DNA of 64,000 nucleotides from Xanthobacter sp. (GCA_034676585.1 JAUCBY010000002.1:113432-177431), one strand, 5' to 3'; shown: positions 1 to 11,309, counted from the first letter of the stretch. Numbers and translations: made by a program. Notes: generated by a model not told the origin, from the letters alone.

Positions 1-268
1 TGGGGTGGTATCCCGCCACAAAGAAGACATGGCGGCTTTGTGCGCGCCACGCGCGGCCCTTCTGCATGGACTGCCTTCTAGCGAAGAGCGCGCGGCTTGA
101 CCAGATCATCATGGTTCAGATGCACCATGCATCAAGACCATTCTGCGCACCTTCTCCACAGAGCGGCTTTTCTGCGCCACCTCAGCGCTCTAGTCTCCAC
201 CGTCTCATGTGGACTCAGTCGGCATAGATGCCACAAGCGCCTGCATGATGCCCGCCAGGAGTTTTTTC

Positions 269-2905
269 ATGCTGCGTGACCCTGAACCCCAGAGCATTCG
301 CCTTGCCGACTATCAGCCGCCGGAATGGCTGGTGGATACAGTCCATCTGGATGTGGTGCTGCACCCGACACAAGCCCGTGTCATCTCTCGCCTCGCCTTG
401 CGGCGCAACCCAAAGGGTACGGCTGGCGCGCCGGTGGTTCTGGATGGGGATGAACTGACCCTTGTGCGCGTGGCTATCAATGATGCCCCCGTTGCAGGCT
501 CTTCCTTTCAGGCAACGCCAGAGCGCTTCACCCTGCCCCATCCACCGGCAGACAGCTTCACGCTTGAAATTGAAACGCGGGTAGATCCCACGGCCAACAC
601 GCAACTGATGGGACTGTACCGCTCCTCCGGCAACTACTGCACCCAATGCGAGCCAGAAGGCTTCCGCCGCATCACCTACTTCCCTGACAGGCCAGACGTA
701 CTGTCCATCTATACTGTTCGGGTTGAGGCAGACCGTGCCGAGGCCCCTGTCCTGCTCTCCAACGGCAATCTGGAGAAGAATGGCCCGGTGGAGGGCAACC
801 CCGACCGTCATTATGCGGTGTGGCATGACCCGTGGCCAAAGCCGTCCTATCTGTTTGCGCTGGTGGGGGGAAAGCTGGCCCGTGTGGCGGACCATTTCGT
901 CACCCGCTCCGGCAAGCCGGTGGAACTTGGCATCTATGTGGAGGAAGGCAAGGAAAACCGGGCCGGATATGCCATGGATGCCCTCAAGCGCTCAATGCGC
1001 TGGGATGAGGAGGTATTTGGCCGCGAATATGATCTGGACGTGTTCAACATTGTCGCCGTGTCGGATTTCAACATGGGCGCGATGGAGAACAAGGGGCTCA
1101 ATGTCTTCAACGACAAATATGTGCTCGCAACTCCGCAAACTGCGACCGATACCGATTATGCCGGCATTGAGGGCGTGATTGCCCACGAATATTTCCATAA
1201 CTGGACCGGCAACCGCATCACCTGCCGCGACTGGTTCCAGCTTTGCCTGAAGGAAGGGCTGACCGTTTTCCGCGATCAGGAATTCTCGGCGGATGAGCGC
1301 TCCCGTCCGGTCAAGCGCATTTCAGATGTGCGCGTGCTGAAGGCAGCCCAGTTTACCGAGGATGCTGGCCCCCTCGCCCATCCGGTGCGTCCGCAAACCT
1401 ACCGCGAAATCAACAACTTCTACACCTCCACCGTCTACCAGAAAGGTGCAGAGGTGGTGCGGATGCTGAAGACCCTGCTGGGACCGGCCGGTTTCCGCGC
1501 GGGGATGGATCTCTATTTCCAGAACCATGATGGCGAGGCGGCCACGATTGAGGAGTTCCTCGGTTCTTTCGCCGAAGCGAGTGGGCGCGATCTCTCGCAA
1601 TTTGCCCTCTGGTATGAGCAGGCAGGCACACCACGCCTGAAAATCCACGGCAGCTATGACGAAGCGGCTGGCACCTACAAGCTGGATGTGTCCCAGTCCA
1701 TTCCCCCAACACCGGATCAACCGGCAAAACTGCCCATGGTTATTCCACTGGCCATTGGCCTGCTGGGAACAGACGGGAAGGACTTGCCGCTGGTGCTCGG
1801 CAATGTGCCTCTTGAAAATGGCGTGCTTGAAATCACAGGGGCAGAGCAGAGCTTCACATTCACCGGCATTCCGGCCCACCCTGTGCCATCTCTCAATCGC
1901 GGCTTTTCAGCTCCTGTGAATATAGAGAGCAATCTGGGTCAGAAAGACCGGGTCTTCCTGGCGGCGCATGATTCAGACCCATTCAACCGCTTTGATGCCG
2001 TTCAGGCCCTCGCTCTTGATCTGCTGAAAAACGCTGCACGCACAGGCCAGCCCGCCGAGAGTGATGCGCTTGTCACGGCCTTTCGTCGCCTGCTGAAGGA
2101 CCATGCGCTGGACCCCGCCTTCAAGGCGCAGGCTCTGTCCCTTCCGGGTGAAGGTGAAATCGCGCGCGAACTGGCCCAGGATGTAGACCCCGACGCCATC
2201 CACACTGCGCGCCTTGCCTTGCGCCAGACCATTGGACATGAACTGGAAAGCGACCTGCGCGAGGCCTATGCGGAGATGACATCCCAAGGCCCGTTCAAGC
2301 CGGATGCGGCCTCTGCCGGGCGGCGCGCCTTGCATAATCTTGCACTGGACTATCTTGTCGTTTCTGCAGCGCATGAGTGCGTCACGCGTGCGCTCGCCCA
2401 GTTCCGGGTCGCCGACAATATGACAGACCGTTTTGCGGCTCTGTCCGTTCTTAGCCAGCATGATGTACCGGAACGTGAAAACGCCCTGACAGCCTTCTAT
2501 GACCAGTTCCATGATGATGCGCTGGTTATAGACAAGTGGTTCACCCTTCAGGCGATGATCGCCGCGCCAGATACGCTGGAGCGGGTGCGCGCGCTCATGG
2601 ATCATCCTGCCTTCTCAATCGGCAACCCAAACCGGGTGCGCGCTCTGATCGGGGCCTTTGCTCAAGGCAACCCGACCCAGTTCAACCGCCCCGATGGTGA
2701 AGGTTACGCTTTTGTGGCGGACGTGGTGCTGGATCTGGACAAGAAGAACCCTCAGGTCGCCTCACGCCTGCTGTCCTCTTTCCGCAGCTGGCGGCAGCTT
2801 GAACCTTCCCGGCGGGCCAAGGCTGAAGCCGCCCTGCGCCGCGTGGCGGACACAGATGGCCTTTCAGCAGATGTCGCGGATATCGCCATCCGCTCTCTGG
2901 CCTGA
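269..2905 (+). CDS. pepN: aminopeptidase N (M1 family zinc metallopeptidase)
   Basis: ORF 209-2905. GAMEN motif (GAMENKGLNVFN) and HEYFHNWTGN...E zinc site. Start trimmed to ATG 269 (MLRDPEPQSIRLADY); the GTG-209 extension looks non-coding. Confidence 0.95.
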   Translation: MLRDPEPQSIRLADYQPPEWLVDTVHLDVVLHPTQARVISRLALRRNPKGTAGAPVVLDGDELTLVRVAINDAPVAGSSFQATPERFTLPHPPADSFTLEIETRVDPTANTQLMGLYRSSGNYCTQCEPEGFRRITYFPDRPDVLSIYTVRVEADRAEAPVLLSNGNLEKNGPVEGNPDRHYAVWHDPWPKPSYLFALVGGKLARVADHFVTRSGKPVELGIYVEEGKENRAGYAMDALKRSMRWDEEVFGREYDLDVFNIVAVSDFNMGAMENKGLNVFNDKYVLATPQTATDTDYAGIEGVIAHEYFHNWTGNRITCRDWFQLCLKEGLTVFRDQEFSADERSRPVKRISDVRVLKAAQFTEDAGPLAHPVRPQTYREINNFYTSTVYQKGAEVVRMLKTLLGPAGFRAGMDLYFQNHDGEAATIEEFLGSFAEASGRDLSQFALWYEQAGTPRLKIHGSYDEAAGTYKLDVSQSIPPTPDQPAKLPMVIPLAIGLLGTDGKDLPLVLGNVPLENGVLEITGAEQSFTFTGIPAHPVPSLNRGFSAPVNIESNLGQKDRVFLAAHDSDPFNRFDAVQALALDLLKNAARTGQPAESDALVTAFRRLLKDHALDPAFKAQALSLPGEGEIARELAQDVDPDAIHTARLALRQTIGHELESDLREAYAEMTSQGPFKPDAASAGRRALHNLALDYLVVSAAHECVTRALAQFRVADNMTDRFAALSVLSQHDVPERENALTAFYDQFHDDALVIDKWFTLQAMIAAPDTLERVRALMDHPAFSIGNPNRVRALIGAFAQGNPTQFNRPDGEGYAFVADVVLDLDKKNPQVASRLLSSFRSWRQLEPSRRAKAEAALRRVADTDGLSADVADIAIRSLA

Positions 2906-2913
2906 AGAGAAGC

Positions 2914-2949
2914 CGGAACAGCACCTCCCTGACAGGAGGAGCTGTTCCG
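2914..2949 (+). terminator. long GC hairpin just after the pepN stop (weak U tail)
   Basis: CGGAACAGC-A-CCTCC / GGAGG-A-GCTGTTCCG arms around a 6-nt loop, 9 nt after the TGA at 2903-2905. The tail CTATCATTTC is only moderately T-rich. Confidence 0.45.
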
Positions 2950-3279
2950 CTATCATTTCAAACACATGCGCCCCGCACTCGTCCGAGACGCAATCCACAG
3001 ATGAAAAGTAAGCCGGCGACAGGGTTTGTGAAGCTTTTCCCCCTCATCCACAGGCTTTCCAAAAGATGGTTAACGCGGTTTCCACGCCTCGCATGGTGTT
3101 GCCGCGAATCGCCCCTTTTTTTGACCTCTTGACAGGCCCTGAAGGTAGACAAATCACCCCCGATTCGATTCCAATGGCACTGATTCGGAGAGATGCGGCA
3201 CGTCCCTCCATATCAAGGACGTGGGGGTAGAGGACTTAGGCCGTCCAATACCTCCGAAGGACCCCTGAGGAGACCGGCG

Positions 3280-5592
3280 ATGGCACGCGCCAACGCGGCG
3301 GGCGCAAGTGCGCGCGATCCGGCCATACATGGCTTGGCGCGCTCAATTGCACGCCCTGCGTATCAGCGACTGCTCGATGCAGAACCCCTTCTGCGCCGAA
3401 TTGTTCCGGCTCTGATCATCACCTTTCTGGTGGTGCTCGGAGTGGGCGGACTTGTGCAGGTACACACCCAGCGCAATGCAGCACTCGATAACGCCAAGGA
3501 CGAACTCTCCCTGCTCGCTCTCGCCACAGGTGAAAGCCTTTCGCACCGCATTGGCTCCAGCCTGGAGAATGTGAACGAATTTCTTGTGGCAGCCCTTCCC
3601 CCGCGTGCAAGCGAAATGGGACGCCGCATCTATGTGACTGACCCTGAGGGGCGCATCGTCGCGGCCGCTCTACGCGGTGAAAACACCCCCGAGAAGCTTG
3701 CCGAAATTATGGACCCCGCCCAGCCCCTGCTCGTCTTTGCCGAGCATGCCGGCGTGCTTGAAATCAATGTCGGCGGCCAGACCATGCTGGCAACCGTACG
3801 CAACCTGAATGCGCCTCTGGGCCAGCTTGTCTATCTCCAGCCCATGCAGCGCGCGCTGTCCGTCTGGTCTGATACGACAACCCTCACCGTCACTCTTTTT
3901 ACCACCACGGGTGCGGTTCTGCTCATTCTGGGCTTTTCCTTCCACTGGCAGGCACGCCGGGCGCGGGAGGCAGATCACATCTATGATACGGTGCGTCGTC
4001 GTATCGACACCGCCCTCAACCGCGGCCGCTGCGGCATGTGGGACTGGGACATGGCGCGCGGGCGCATGTACTGGTCTGACACCATGTACGAAATCCTCGG
4101 GCTTGAACGGAAGGACGACCTGATCTCCTTCGGTGAAATCCGCAAGCTCGTGCATCCGGATGATGGTGACCTGTACGAACTGGCGCAGGAACTGGCTGAA
4201 CGCCCCGGCTCGACAGTGGATCGCGTTTTCCGCATGCGCACCACCAAGGGCAACTATGTATGGCTGCGCATGCGCGCCGAAGTCGCCCAGCAGGCAGGAG
4301 AGGATGGCCCGCACCTCATTGGCATCGCCATGGATGTGACCGAAGCACAGCATATGGTGGAGCGAACCAACACAGCCGACATGCGCCTGCGCGATGCGAT
4401 TGAAAGCATCTCTGAATCCTTCGTGCTGTGGGACAGCAACAACCGTCTGGTCCTGTGCAATTCCAAGTTCCAGAGCCTGCATGAGCTGCCGGATGAAGCC
4501 ATTCAGCCCGGCACGCCTTTTGAAACCATCTCTGAACTCGGGAAGCACCCGGAAGAAAGAAAGCCTCTTCAGGAAGACAAGCCGGAAGAAGGCACCCGCG
4601 CCTTTGAGGCCCAGCTTTCAAACGGGCGATGGCTGAAGATTGCGGAACGCCGGACCAAGGATGGCAGCTATGTGTCCGTCGGTACGGACATCACCACCAT
4701 GAAACGTCAGGCCGATCGCCTGCTCTCTAACGAGACCCGCCTTCTGGGGTTGGTATCCGAGCTGCGCAGTTCAGAAGAAACCCTGAAGCAGCAGACGCAG
4801 GAACTGGCCTACCATACCCAGCAACTCGTCGACATGGCCGACCGCGCAGAAAGCGCCAACCGCGCCAAAAGCGAATTCCTCGCCAACATGTCCCATGAGC
4901 TGCGGACACCGCTCAATGCCATTATCGGCTTTTCCGAAATTATGGAAAGCGGCATGTTCGGCCCGCTCGGCTCTGCGAAATATTCGGAATATTGCTCTGA
5001 CATCAAGGGTTCAGGCAAGTATCTGCTCGATGTCATCAATGATATTCTTGACATGTCCAAGATCGAAGCTGGCCGTATGCAGCTTGAGATTGAAGACGTC
5101 GCACTGAATGACATCATTGCCGATGCCATGCGTGTGACCGCAGTGAATGCGAATGCAAAAAGCATCTCGATGGCGGATGATGCAGATCACGCGATCAACA
5201 TTCGCGGAGACAAGCGCGCCCTGAAGCAGATTTTGCTGAACCTGCTTTCCAATGCGGTCAAGTTCACGCCCGAAGGCGGGACAATTTCGGTGAAGGCGCG
5301 CATACGTGGCGATACCGCTGTGATTGCCATTGTCGATAGCGGCATCGGCATTGCAAGGGATGCTCTGGCGCGACTGGGGCGGCCATTCGAGCAGGTGGAA
5401 AGCCAGTTCACCAAAACCCATAAGGGTTCAGGGCTTGGCCTTGCGATTGCAAAATCACTTGTGGAGCTGCACGGTGGCACCATGCGCATTCGTTCAGAGG
5501 AAAATGAAGGTACGGCTGTTGTGGTGCGCCTGCCCGTAGAATGCCCCTCGGCATTGCCGCTTGACCCGCCGCAGAGGGTCTCGATGCACTAA
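3280..5592 (+). CDS. membrane sensor histidine kinase with PAS domains (PleC/DivJ-like H-box region), no adjacent response regulator
   Basis: Two TM segments flank a roughly 170-aa periplasmic region, followed by PAS-like segments. H-box SHELRTPLNAIIGFSE, N-box LLSNAVKFT, G-boxes DSGIGI and GSGLGLAI. ATG 3280 is preceded by GAGGAG. Confidence 0.9.
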   Translation: MARANAAGASARDPAIHGLARSIARPAYQRLLDAEPLLRRIVPALIITFLVVLGVGGLVQVHTQRNAALDNAKDELSLLALATGESLSHRIGSSLENVNEFLVAALPPRASEMGRRIYVTDPEGRIVAAALRGENTPEKLAEIMDPAQPLLVFAEHAGVLEINVGGQTMLATVRNLNAPLGQLVYLQPMQRALSVWSDTTTLTVTLFTTTGAVLLILGFSFHWQARRAREADHIYDTVRRRIDTALNRGRCGMWDWDMARGRMYWSDTMYEILGLERKDDLISFGEIRKLVHPDDGDLYELAQELAERPGSTVDRVFRMRTTKGNYVWLRMRAEVAQQAGEDGPHLIGIAMDVTEAQHMVERTNTADMRLRDAIESISESFVLWDSNNRLVLCNSKFQSLHELPDEAIQPGTPFETISELGKHPEERKPLQEDKPEEGTRAFEAQLSNGRWLKIAERRTKDGSYVSVGTDITTMKRQADRLLSNETRLLGLVSELRSSEETLKQQTQELAYHTQQLVDMADRAESANRAKSEFLANMSHELRTPLNAIIGFSEIMESGMFGPLGSAKYSEYCSDIKGSGKYLLDVINDILDMSKIEAGRMQLEIEDVALNDIIADAMRVTAVNANAKSISMADDADHAINIRGDKRALKQILLNLLSNAVKFTPEGGTISVKARIRGDTAVIAIVDSGIGIARDALARLGRPFEQVESQFTKTHKGSGLGLAIAKSLVELHGGTMRIRSEENEGTAVVVRLPVECPSALPLDPPQRVSMH

Positions 5593-5862
5593 ACCGGCCT
5601 CGCACTGACCCGGCCTGTGCTACCGCCTGAAAACGGAACCGAAGCCTCAACTTCACTCATCCCCGCAAGGGAATAAGCAACACATCGCAGTCCACGCCCG
5701 CCAATATGGATTTGGACGTGCTGCCTACAACCAGCTCCAGAAAACTGCTCCGCACATGTGTGAGCCGGTTCAACCATAGCGGTTCCCTTACATCATCTGT
5801 AGGCGAACCGTGGGCGCTCGCCGAAAATCCGCCGGCTGGCTGGGCACCCTCTCCCTGTCATC

Positions 5863-8832
5863 TCAGCGCGCAACACTCTCCAGAATACGCTCGAAAATGG
5901 CGCGCACCCGCTCCTGCGTTTCAACCAGATGTGCGCTCAGGCTCTGGAAATCCGGCATCTCGCCAGCACGCGCCAGCAGCGCGCGCAAAGCCGGGCTGGC
6001 ATCTGCCGGAACCACATGGGCATCCACAGCAAGACGCAACACTTCTGTCAGGTTCTGATAGAGACGGCAGGCGCTGATAAGCACATGCGCATCCTCCGCC
6101 TCCAGAAGCCCCAGCTTGCCAGCCTGGGTCAGCACGCGGGCTGTTGCCGCACTGACAATTTCAGGATGGCGGGACGCATGAGCCAGCACCAGATACTGGG
6201 CGATGAACTCCACATCCACCTGCCCGCCAGCCGCATGCTTCAGGTTCCAGCGGTCATCCTCGCCCTTTTCGGCGGCAATGGCCTGCCGCATGTCCAGAAT
6301 ATCCCCGGCCAGACTGCGCGGATCTCGTGACTGGGACATGACCGTGTGGATCACCTCTTCCACCCGCTTCTGGAAAACCTCCCCTGCCGCAATCACGCGG
6401 GCGCGGGTCAGCGCCATATGCTCCCATGTCCACGCCTCTTCCTTTTGATAGAGGGCGAAGGAGGACAGGCGGGTGGCCAGCGGACCAGAGCGCCCAGAGG
6501 GTCGCAGGCGCAGATCCACATCATAGAGTTTGCCGGCATTGGTAAGCGCCGTCAGTGCGCTGATGAGGCGCTGGGTGAAGCGGGCGAAATATTGCGCGCC
6601 TATCAGCGGCCTTGCACCGTCAGAATTGGGATCGGCATCCGCATCAAAGTCATAAAGCACGATCAGGTCGAGATCAGACCCGGCCGTCATCTCGCGCCCA
6701 CCCAGCTTGCCCATGGCAACCACCGCAGTCGTCGCCCCGGCAATGGAACCATGCATGTCCTGAAAGCGCATCCAGACGCGCTGATGCAGCGCACGAATAA
6801 TCACCTCCGCCAGCCGCGCATAAGCCTCGCCTGCACGGGCGGCCGGCAAGGTGCCCGAGGCAATACGCACCCCGATAAGCACATGCTGTTCCTGCCGGAA
6901 GCGGCGGGCACGGTCGAATTCCTCTTCCTCGGTCTCGGCTGTATCCAGCAGATGATCGAGATGCGCCTTCAGACTCTCCTCATCCGGCAGCACATCAAAG
7001 AAGGCCGGGTCCAGCAATGCATCCGTAAGTGAGGGCTGGCGCGCCAGCGTTTCACCAAGGCGGGGCGCAGCAGTCAGAATGGTCGCCAGAAGGCGTACAA
7101 GGTCAGGGTGTCGGTCCAGTGCCGCCAGCAGGTTGGGGCCGGGCAAATCGGTGAAGAAGCGGTCTGCCGCAATCAGCGCCCCATCCGGGTCACCACCACG
7201 GGCGAGGGATTGCAGCAGCAGGGGCACCACACGGCCAATATGCTGGCGCGCGGTTTCTCCCTTCATGGCGCGGTGCTTGCCCACAAGCCAATCCCGCACG
7301 ATATTGCTGGCGGCAGCGGGCTCCTTGAACCCCATCTGCGCCAGGGCGGCCAAAGTCTGCCGGTCATTTCCGCTCTCGGGAAACTCCAGCCCGCCATCCG
7401 GTGTGGCGGAAGGCATATCCTCAAACAGATTGGCGTAATGGCCCTGCACACGGCGCATCCGCTCCACCAGCGCGGCTGCGAAACTGTCCCGGTTCTCGTA
7501 ACCCATAAAGTGGGAGAAGGCTTCCATCGCCTCCTGCCCCTCAGGCAATTCATGGGTCTGGGCATCCGCCATCATCTGGATGCGGTGTTCCACCCGGCGC
7601 AGGAAAAGATAGGCTTCTGTCAGTTCATCGCGCACCGCCGGGGCAATCCAGCGATGTTCTGTCAACGCCTTCAGGGCCTCCAGCGTGCGCGGGGTGCGCA
7701 GCATGGTATCGCGCCCACCGGCGATGAGCTGCTGGGTTTGCACAAAGAACTCGACCTCGCGGATACCGCCGCGCCCGAGCTTCACATTGTGCCCTTCCAC
7801 TGCCAGCACATCATGCCCACGAAAGGCATGAATCTCGCGCTTCATGGCATGAACATCGGCAATGGCGCGGAAATCCAGCACGCGACGCCACACAAATGGC
7901 GAAAGGTCTGACAGGAAGCTGTGCCCCACCCCCATATCGCCGGCAACCGGACGCGCCTTGATATAGGCCGCACGCTCCCATGTGGCGCCCTCGCGCTCAT
8001 AATAGGCCAGCGCCGCCGCAACAGAGAGCGCCACCTGCGTGGAACCGGGATCTGGCCGCAGGCGCAGGTCCACACGCACCACATAGCCATCCCCCGTACG
8101 CTCCTGAAGCATCCGCACAAGGCGCTGGGTGATTTTCACAAAAAATGGAGAGGGCTCCACCCCATCACGCAATGGAGCCACATCGCGATCATAAACGACG
8201 ATAAGGTCGATATCGCTGGAATAGTTCAGTTCCCGCGCGCCATGCTTGCCCATGGCGATGATGCCAAGGCCGCACCCGCCCATGGGATCGCTGGCATCTG
8301 GCGGCAGAAAGCGGCCTGCGCGTGCAGCCTCTGCCAGAAGGAAGGTCAGGGCAGCCCGTACGGCAGCATCCGCCACATCGCTCAGGCCGGCGGTCACCTC
8401 GATCAGGTCACTCGCACCACCAATATCGCACAGAGCCAGCAACAGCGCGGCCTCGGCCCGCATACGACGCAAGGCACGCATAACCGGAGCCTCACTTTCG
8501 GAAGTGATGGCAATGGCGGTGCATTCGGCAATCAGCTCATCCAGCCGGGTGCGCGGATCATTGGCCAGAGAGCGCAACAGCCGCTCCGGCTCGGCGCGAA
8601 TGAGATCTGTCAGGAAGGAAGAGCCTTCCATCACCCCAAGGCTCACCTGAAGGGCAACAGGATACTCATCCAGCAAGGCATGCAGGCGGGCGATATCCTC
8701 ACCACTGAGGCGCTCGACAGAATGGTCCAGCCGCAACCGTGCTGACGCAACATCCCCGATGACAGGCCCCTCGCGCAGGCGGGCTGCGAGCGGGAGGGCT
8801 GTATGCGGAAGAGCCGACATTGGCGCGTGCAT
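5863..8832 (-). CDS. glnE: bifunctional glutamine synthetase adenylyltransferase/adenylyl-removing enzyme
   Basis: 989 aa with two nucleotidyltransferase cores (GKHGARELNYSSDIDLIVVYD and GKLGGREMTAGSDLDLIVLYD), the typical GlnE architecture. Confidence 0.95.
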   Translation of the reverse strand: MHAPMSALPHTALPLAARLREGPVIGDVASARLRLDHSVERLSGEDIARLHALLDEYPVALQVSLGVMEGSSFLTDLIRAEPERLLRSLANDPRTRLDELIAECTAIAITSESEAPVMRALRRMRAEAALLLALCDIGGASDLIEVTAGLSDVADAAVRAALTFLLAEAARAGRFLPPDASDPMGGCGLGIIAMGKHGARELNYSSDIDLIVVYDRDVAPLRDGVEPSPFFVKITQRLVRMLQERTGDGYVVRVDLRLRPDPGSTQVALSVAAALAYYEREGATWERAAYIKARPVAGDMGVGHSFLSDLSPFVWRRVLDFRAIADVHAMKREIHAFRGHDVLAVEGHNVKLGRGGIREVEFFVQTQQLIAGGRDTMLRTPRTLEALKALTEHRWIAPAVRDELTEAYLFLRRVEHRIQMMADAQTHELPEGQEAMEAFSHFMGYENRDSFAAALVERMRRVQGHYANLFEDMPSATPDGGLEFPESGNDRQTLAALAQMGFKEPAAASNIVRDWLVGKHRAMKGETARQHIGRVVPLLLQSLARGGDPDGALIAADRFFTDLPGPNLLAALDRHPDLVRLLATILTAAPRLGETLARQPSLTDALLDPAFFDVLPDEESLKAHLDHLLDTAETEEEEFDRARRFRQEQHVLIGVRIASGTLPAARAGEAYARLAEVIIRALHQRVWMRFQDMHGSIAGATTAVVAMGKLGGREMTAGSDLDLIVLYDFDADADPNSDGARPLIGAQYFARFTQRLISALTALTNAGKLYDVDLRLRPSGRSGPLATRLSSFALYQKEEAWTWEHMALTRARVIAAGEVFQKRVEEVIHTVMSQSRDPRSLAGDILDMRQAIAAEKGEDDRWNLKHAAGGQVDVEFIAQYLVLAHASRHPEIVSAATARVLTQAGKLGLLEAEDAHVLISACRLYQNLTEVLRLAVDAHVVPADASPALRALLARAGEMPDFQSLSAHLVETQERVRAIFERILESVAR

Positions 8833-8987
8833 GAATCAACCTGAAGACACGAGCACTGGCTCCACACCAACGCTCAAGTGGATGGGGAGACGGCCCTGCG
8901 CCTCTCCGCAGGCCTGCCATGGCGAACGATGCTGATTCCCCAAGGGGAACCTCAGGATGTACAGTTAGGCCCACCCGGCCCCATGCT

Positions 8988-10439
8988 TCAAGCCACCTCG
9001 GCACGTTTTGCAGGCAGATGCAGCCGCACAATAAGGCCGGGTGCGTTATCTCCCAGCTCCAGACGCCCATCATGCAGGCGCGCCACAGCGGCCACAAGCG
9101 CCAGCCCAAGGCCCGAACCCGGCAAGGTGCGGCTGGCCTCAAGCCGCACAAAACGGTCTGTCACACGGCTTCTGTCTGCCTCGCTGATGCCGGAGCCACT
9201 ATCGGCCACACTCAGCACCGCCTCATGCCCAACCCGTTTCAGGGTCACCGCAATATGTCCGCGTGTGTCCTCACTGGTGCGGCCATATTTGATGGCGTTA
9301 TCCACCAGATTGGAAAGAGCCTGCGCCAGCAGTTCCCGCACGCCATGCACAAACATGGGCTCGGCATCAACCGTGAGGTCCAGCCCCTGCTCATCAGCCA
9401 GCGGCTCATAAAGCTCGGAGACATTCTCCGCGATATCGGCCAGATCCACATCGCTCATCATGGAGCGTGCCTGTCCGGCCTCGGCGCGGGCAATCATCAG
9501 CAAGGCGTCGAAGGTGCGGATCAGCCCGTCACTTTCCTCAATCGTGGTGATGAGGGCATTTCGGTAATCCTCTTCCGCACGCCCGGAGCGCAGAGCCTCT
9601 TCCGCACCATTGCGCAGGCGGGTGAGCGGTGTTTTCAAATCATGGGCGATATTGTCGGACACTTCCTTCAGCCCCAGCATCAGCGCCTCTATGCGCTCCA
9701 GCATGGCATTCAGGGAAAGGGCGAGCCGGTCAAACTCATCACCCGTGCCATCCACCGCCAGACGCCCCGAAAGGTCTCCCGCCATGATGGTGGCGCTGGT
9801 GGCTGTCATCGCATCAATACGCTTCATCACGCGCCGGGTGACAAATATGCTGCCGGCAAGGCCCAGCACCACAATCAGCAGCACCGCCCATTGTGCCGGA
9901 CGCGCCACCATATCGCGCATGGTATCGCGTTCCTCAATGTCTCGCCCGACCAGCAGGCGATAGCCGCCCGGCAGAAGCGAAACACGGATATAGGCCACAT
10001 GGCTGCGGCTTGTGGTGCCACTGCCCCCGTCATCCACCCGCTCATAAGTGGCAAAACGTGTGCCCGGCTTGTCCAGCAGGCCAAGGGAGAGATCTGCCAC
10101 ATTGGTGGCCAACACCTCGCCCTGAAAATTCGTCAGCATGAAAATGGAGGAGCCAGGCCGCCGCGCGCGCCTGTCCATCACATTCACAAGGCGCTGGATG
10201 CCACCAATCCTGTATTGCTCGGAAAGAAAGCGCACCTCACGCTCAAGGTCACTGGCCACCTGTGACTGGATCAGTTCACGCGTATGCCATGCCGTGTAGC
10301 TGATGACACTGACAGCAAAGATGGCGAACACGAACAGATAGGCCGCAAGCAGCTTGAATGCCGTGGTGCGCAGCAGACGGGAAAAATAGCGCAGCACCTT
10401 CATGGGCAGGGATAGCGTGCCAGCCGCCGCGCGCGTCAT
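8988..10439 (-). CDS. sensor histidine kinase (2 TM, HAMP, HisKA, HATPase)
   Basis: H-box AHDLKTPLTRL, N-box VDNAIKYG, G-boxes DSGSGI and GSGLGLALV. Its ATG lies 2 nt after the stop of the upstream OmpR-type regulator. Confidence 0.9.
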   Translation of the reverse strand: MTRAAAGTLSLPMKVLRYFSRLLRTTAFKLLAAYLFVFAIFAVSVISYTAWHTRELIQSQVASDLEREVRFLSEQYRIGGIQRLVNVMDRRARRPGSSIFMLTNFQGEVLATNVADLSLGLLDKPGTRFATYERVDDGGSGTTSRSHVAYIRVSLLPGGYRLLVGRDIEERDTMRDMVARPAQWAVLLIVVLGLAGSIFVTRRVMKRIDAMTATSATIMAGDLSGRLAVDGTGDEFDRLALSLNAMLERIEALMLGLKEVSDNIAHDLKTPLTRLRNGAEEALRSGRAEEDYRNALITTIEESDGLIRTFDALLMIARAEAGQARSMMSDVDLADIAENVSELYEPLADEQGLDLTVDAEPMFVHGVRELLAQALSNLVDNAIKYGRTSEDTRGHIAVTLKRVGHEAVLSVADSGSGISEADRSRVTDRFVRLEASRTLPGSGLGLALVAAVARLHDGRLELGDNAPGLIVRLHLPAKRAEVA

Positions 10440-10441
10440 GT

Positions 10442-11161
10442 TCAGGCAACTCCGGCCCGCACCATGTAACCGGCCCCCCGCACCGTATGGATCAACGGCT
10501 CGTCAAAGCCCTTGTCCACCTTCGAGCGCAGGCGCGAGACATGAACGTCGATCACATTCGTTTGCGGATCAAAATGATAGTCCCACACATTTTCAAGCAG
10601 CATGGTGCGGGTCACCACCTGTCCGGCATGACGCATGAGGAATTCCAGCAGGCGAAACTCGCGGGGCTGAAGGATGATTTCCTTGCCACTGCGGGTCACC
10701 CGATGGGCCAGACGGTCCAGCTCCAGCTCGCCCACCTTGTAGGTGGAGTCGGAGGCCTGTGGACCACCCCGGCGTGAGAGCGCCTCAACCCGCGCCAGCA
10801 ATTCGGTGAAGGCATAGGGTTTGGGCAAATAGTCATCACCCCCCGCACGCAGGCCCTGCACACGGTCATCCACCTGCCCAAGGGCAGAGAGGATCAGAAC
10901 AGGCGTTGCATAGCCGCGCCCGCGCAATTCAGCCACCACAGAGAGGCCATCGCGCAGGGGCAGCATGCGATCGACGACCAGCACGTCATACTTGCCATCC
11001 AGCGCCAAGGTCAGGCCCTCTTCACCGTCGGCCGCGTGGTCCACCACATGGCCGGCTTCACGGAAAGCCTTGCGCAGATATTCGGCAGCGTCGCGGTCGT
11101 CCTCGACAAGGAGGATACGCATGGTGTTGAGGGAGCCCGGATCGAGATTCGAATTCGTCAT
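10442..11161 (-). CDS. OmpR-family response regulator (receiver plus winged-helix DNA binding)
   Basis: MRILLVEDD...DVLVVDRMLP receiver, with a C-terminal wHTH ending HTVRGAGYMV. The start could instead be the internal ATG at 11122 (MRILLVEDD). Confidence 0.9.
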   Translation of the reverse strand: MTNSNLDPGSLNTMRILLVEDDRDAAEYLRKAFREAGHVVDHAADGEEGLTLALDGKYDVLVVDRMLPLRDGLSVVAELRGRGYATPVLILSALGQVDDRVQGLRAGGDDYLPKPYAFTELLARVEALSRRGGPQASDSTYKVGELELDRLAHRVTRSGKEIILQPREFRLLEFLMRHAGQVVTRTMLLENVWDYHFDPQTNVIDVHVSRLRSKVDKGFDEPLIHTVRGAGYMVRAGVA

Positions 11162-11261
11162 ACTCTATCCCAGCTTCACGTCAGGGGTCCATGCAGGCAG
11201 CCGTCACCGTGGCGCAAACTGTGCGCAAAGCGGCTGCCGCAGGCAAAAGCCTGTGCAATGA

Positions 11262-11309
11262 TTGAAAAGAAAGGGCCGGCGCGGGAAGCCAGTGCGGGCC
11301 TCCCGCGCC
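11262..11309 (-). terminator. hairpin plus T-rich tail downstream of degP
   Basis: GGCGCGGGA / TCCCGCGCC 9-bp stem, followed on the minus strand by GGCCCTTTCTTTTC. A second tail-less hairpin (ACCCGCGCC/GGCGCGGGT, 11371-11400) sits immediately after the degP stop. Confidence 0.5.

Noticed and set aside
8919-10265. 448-aa ORF on the plus strand
   Set aside because: It is antisense to the HAMP histidine kinase, which has clear H, N and G boxes. It is a shadow ORF.
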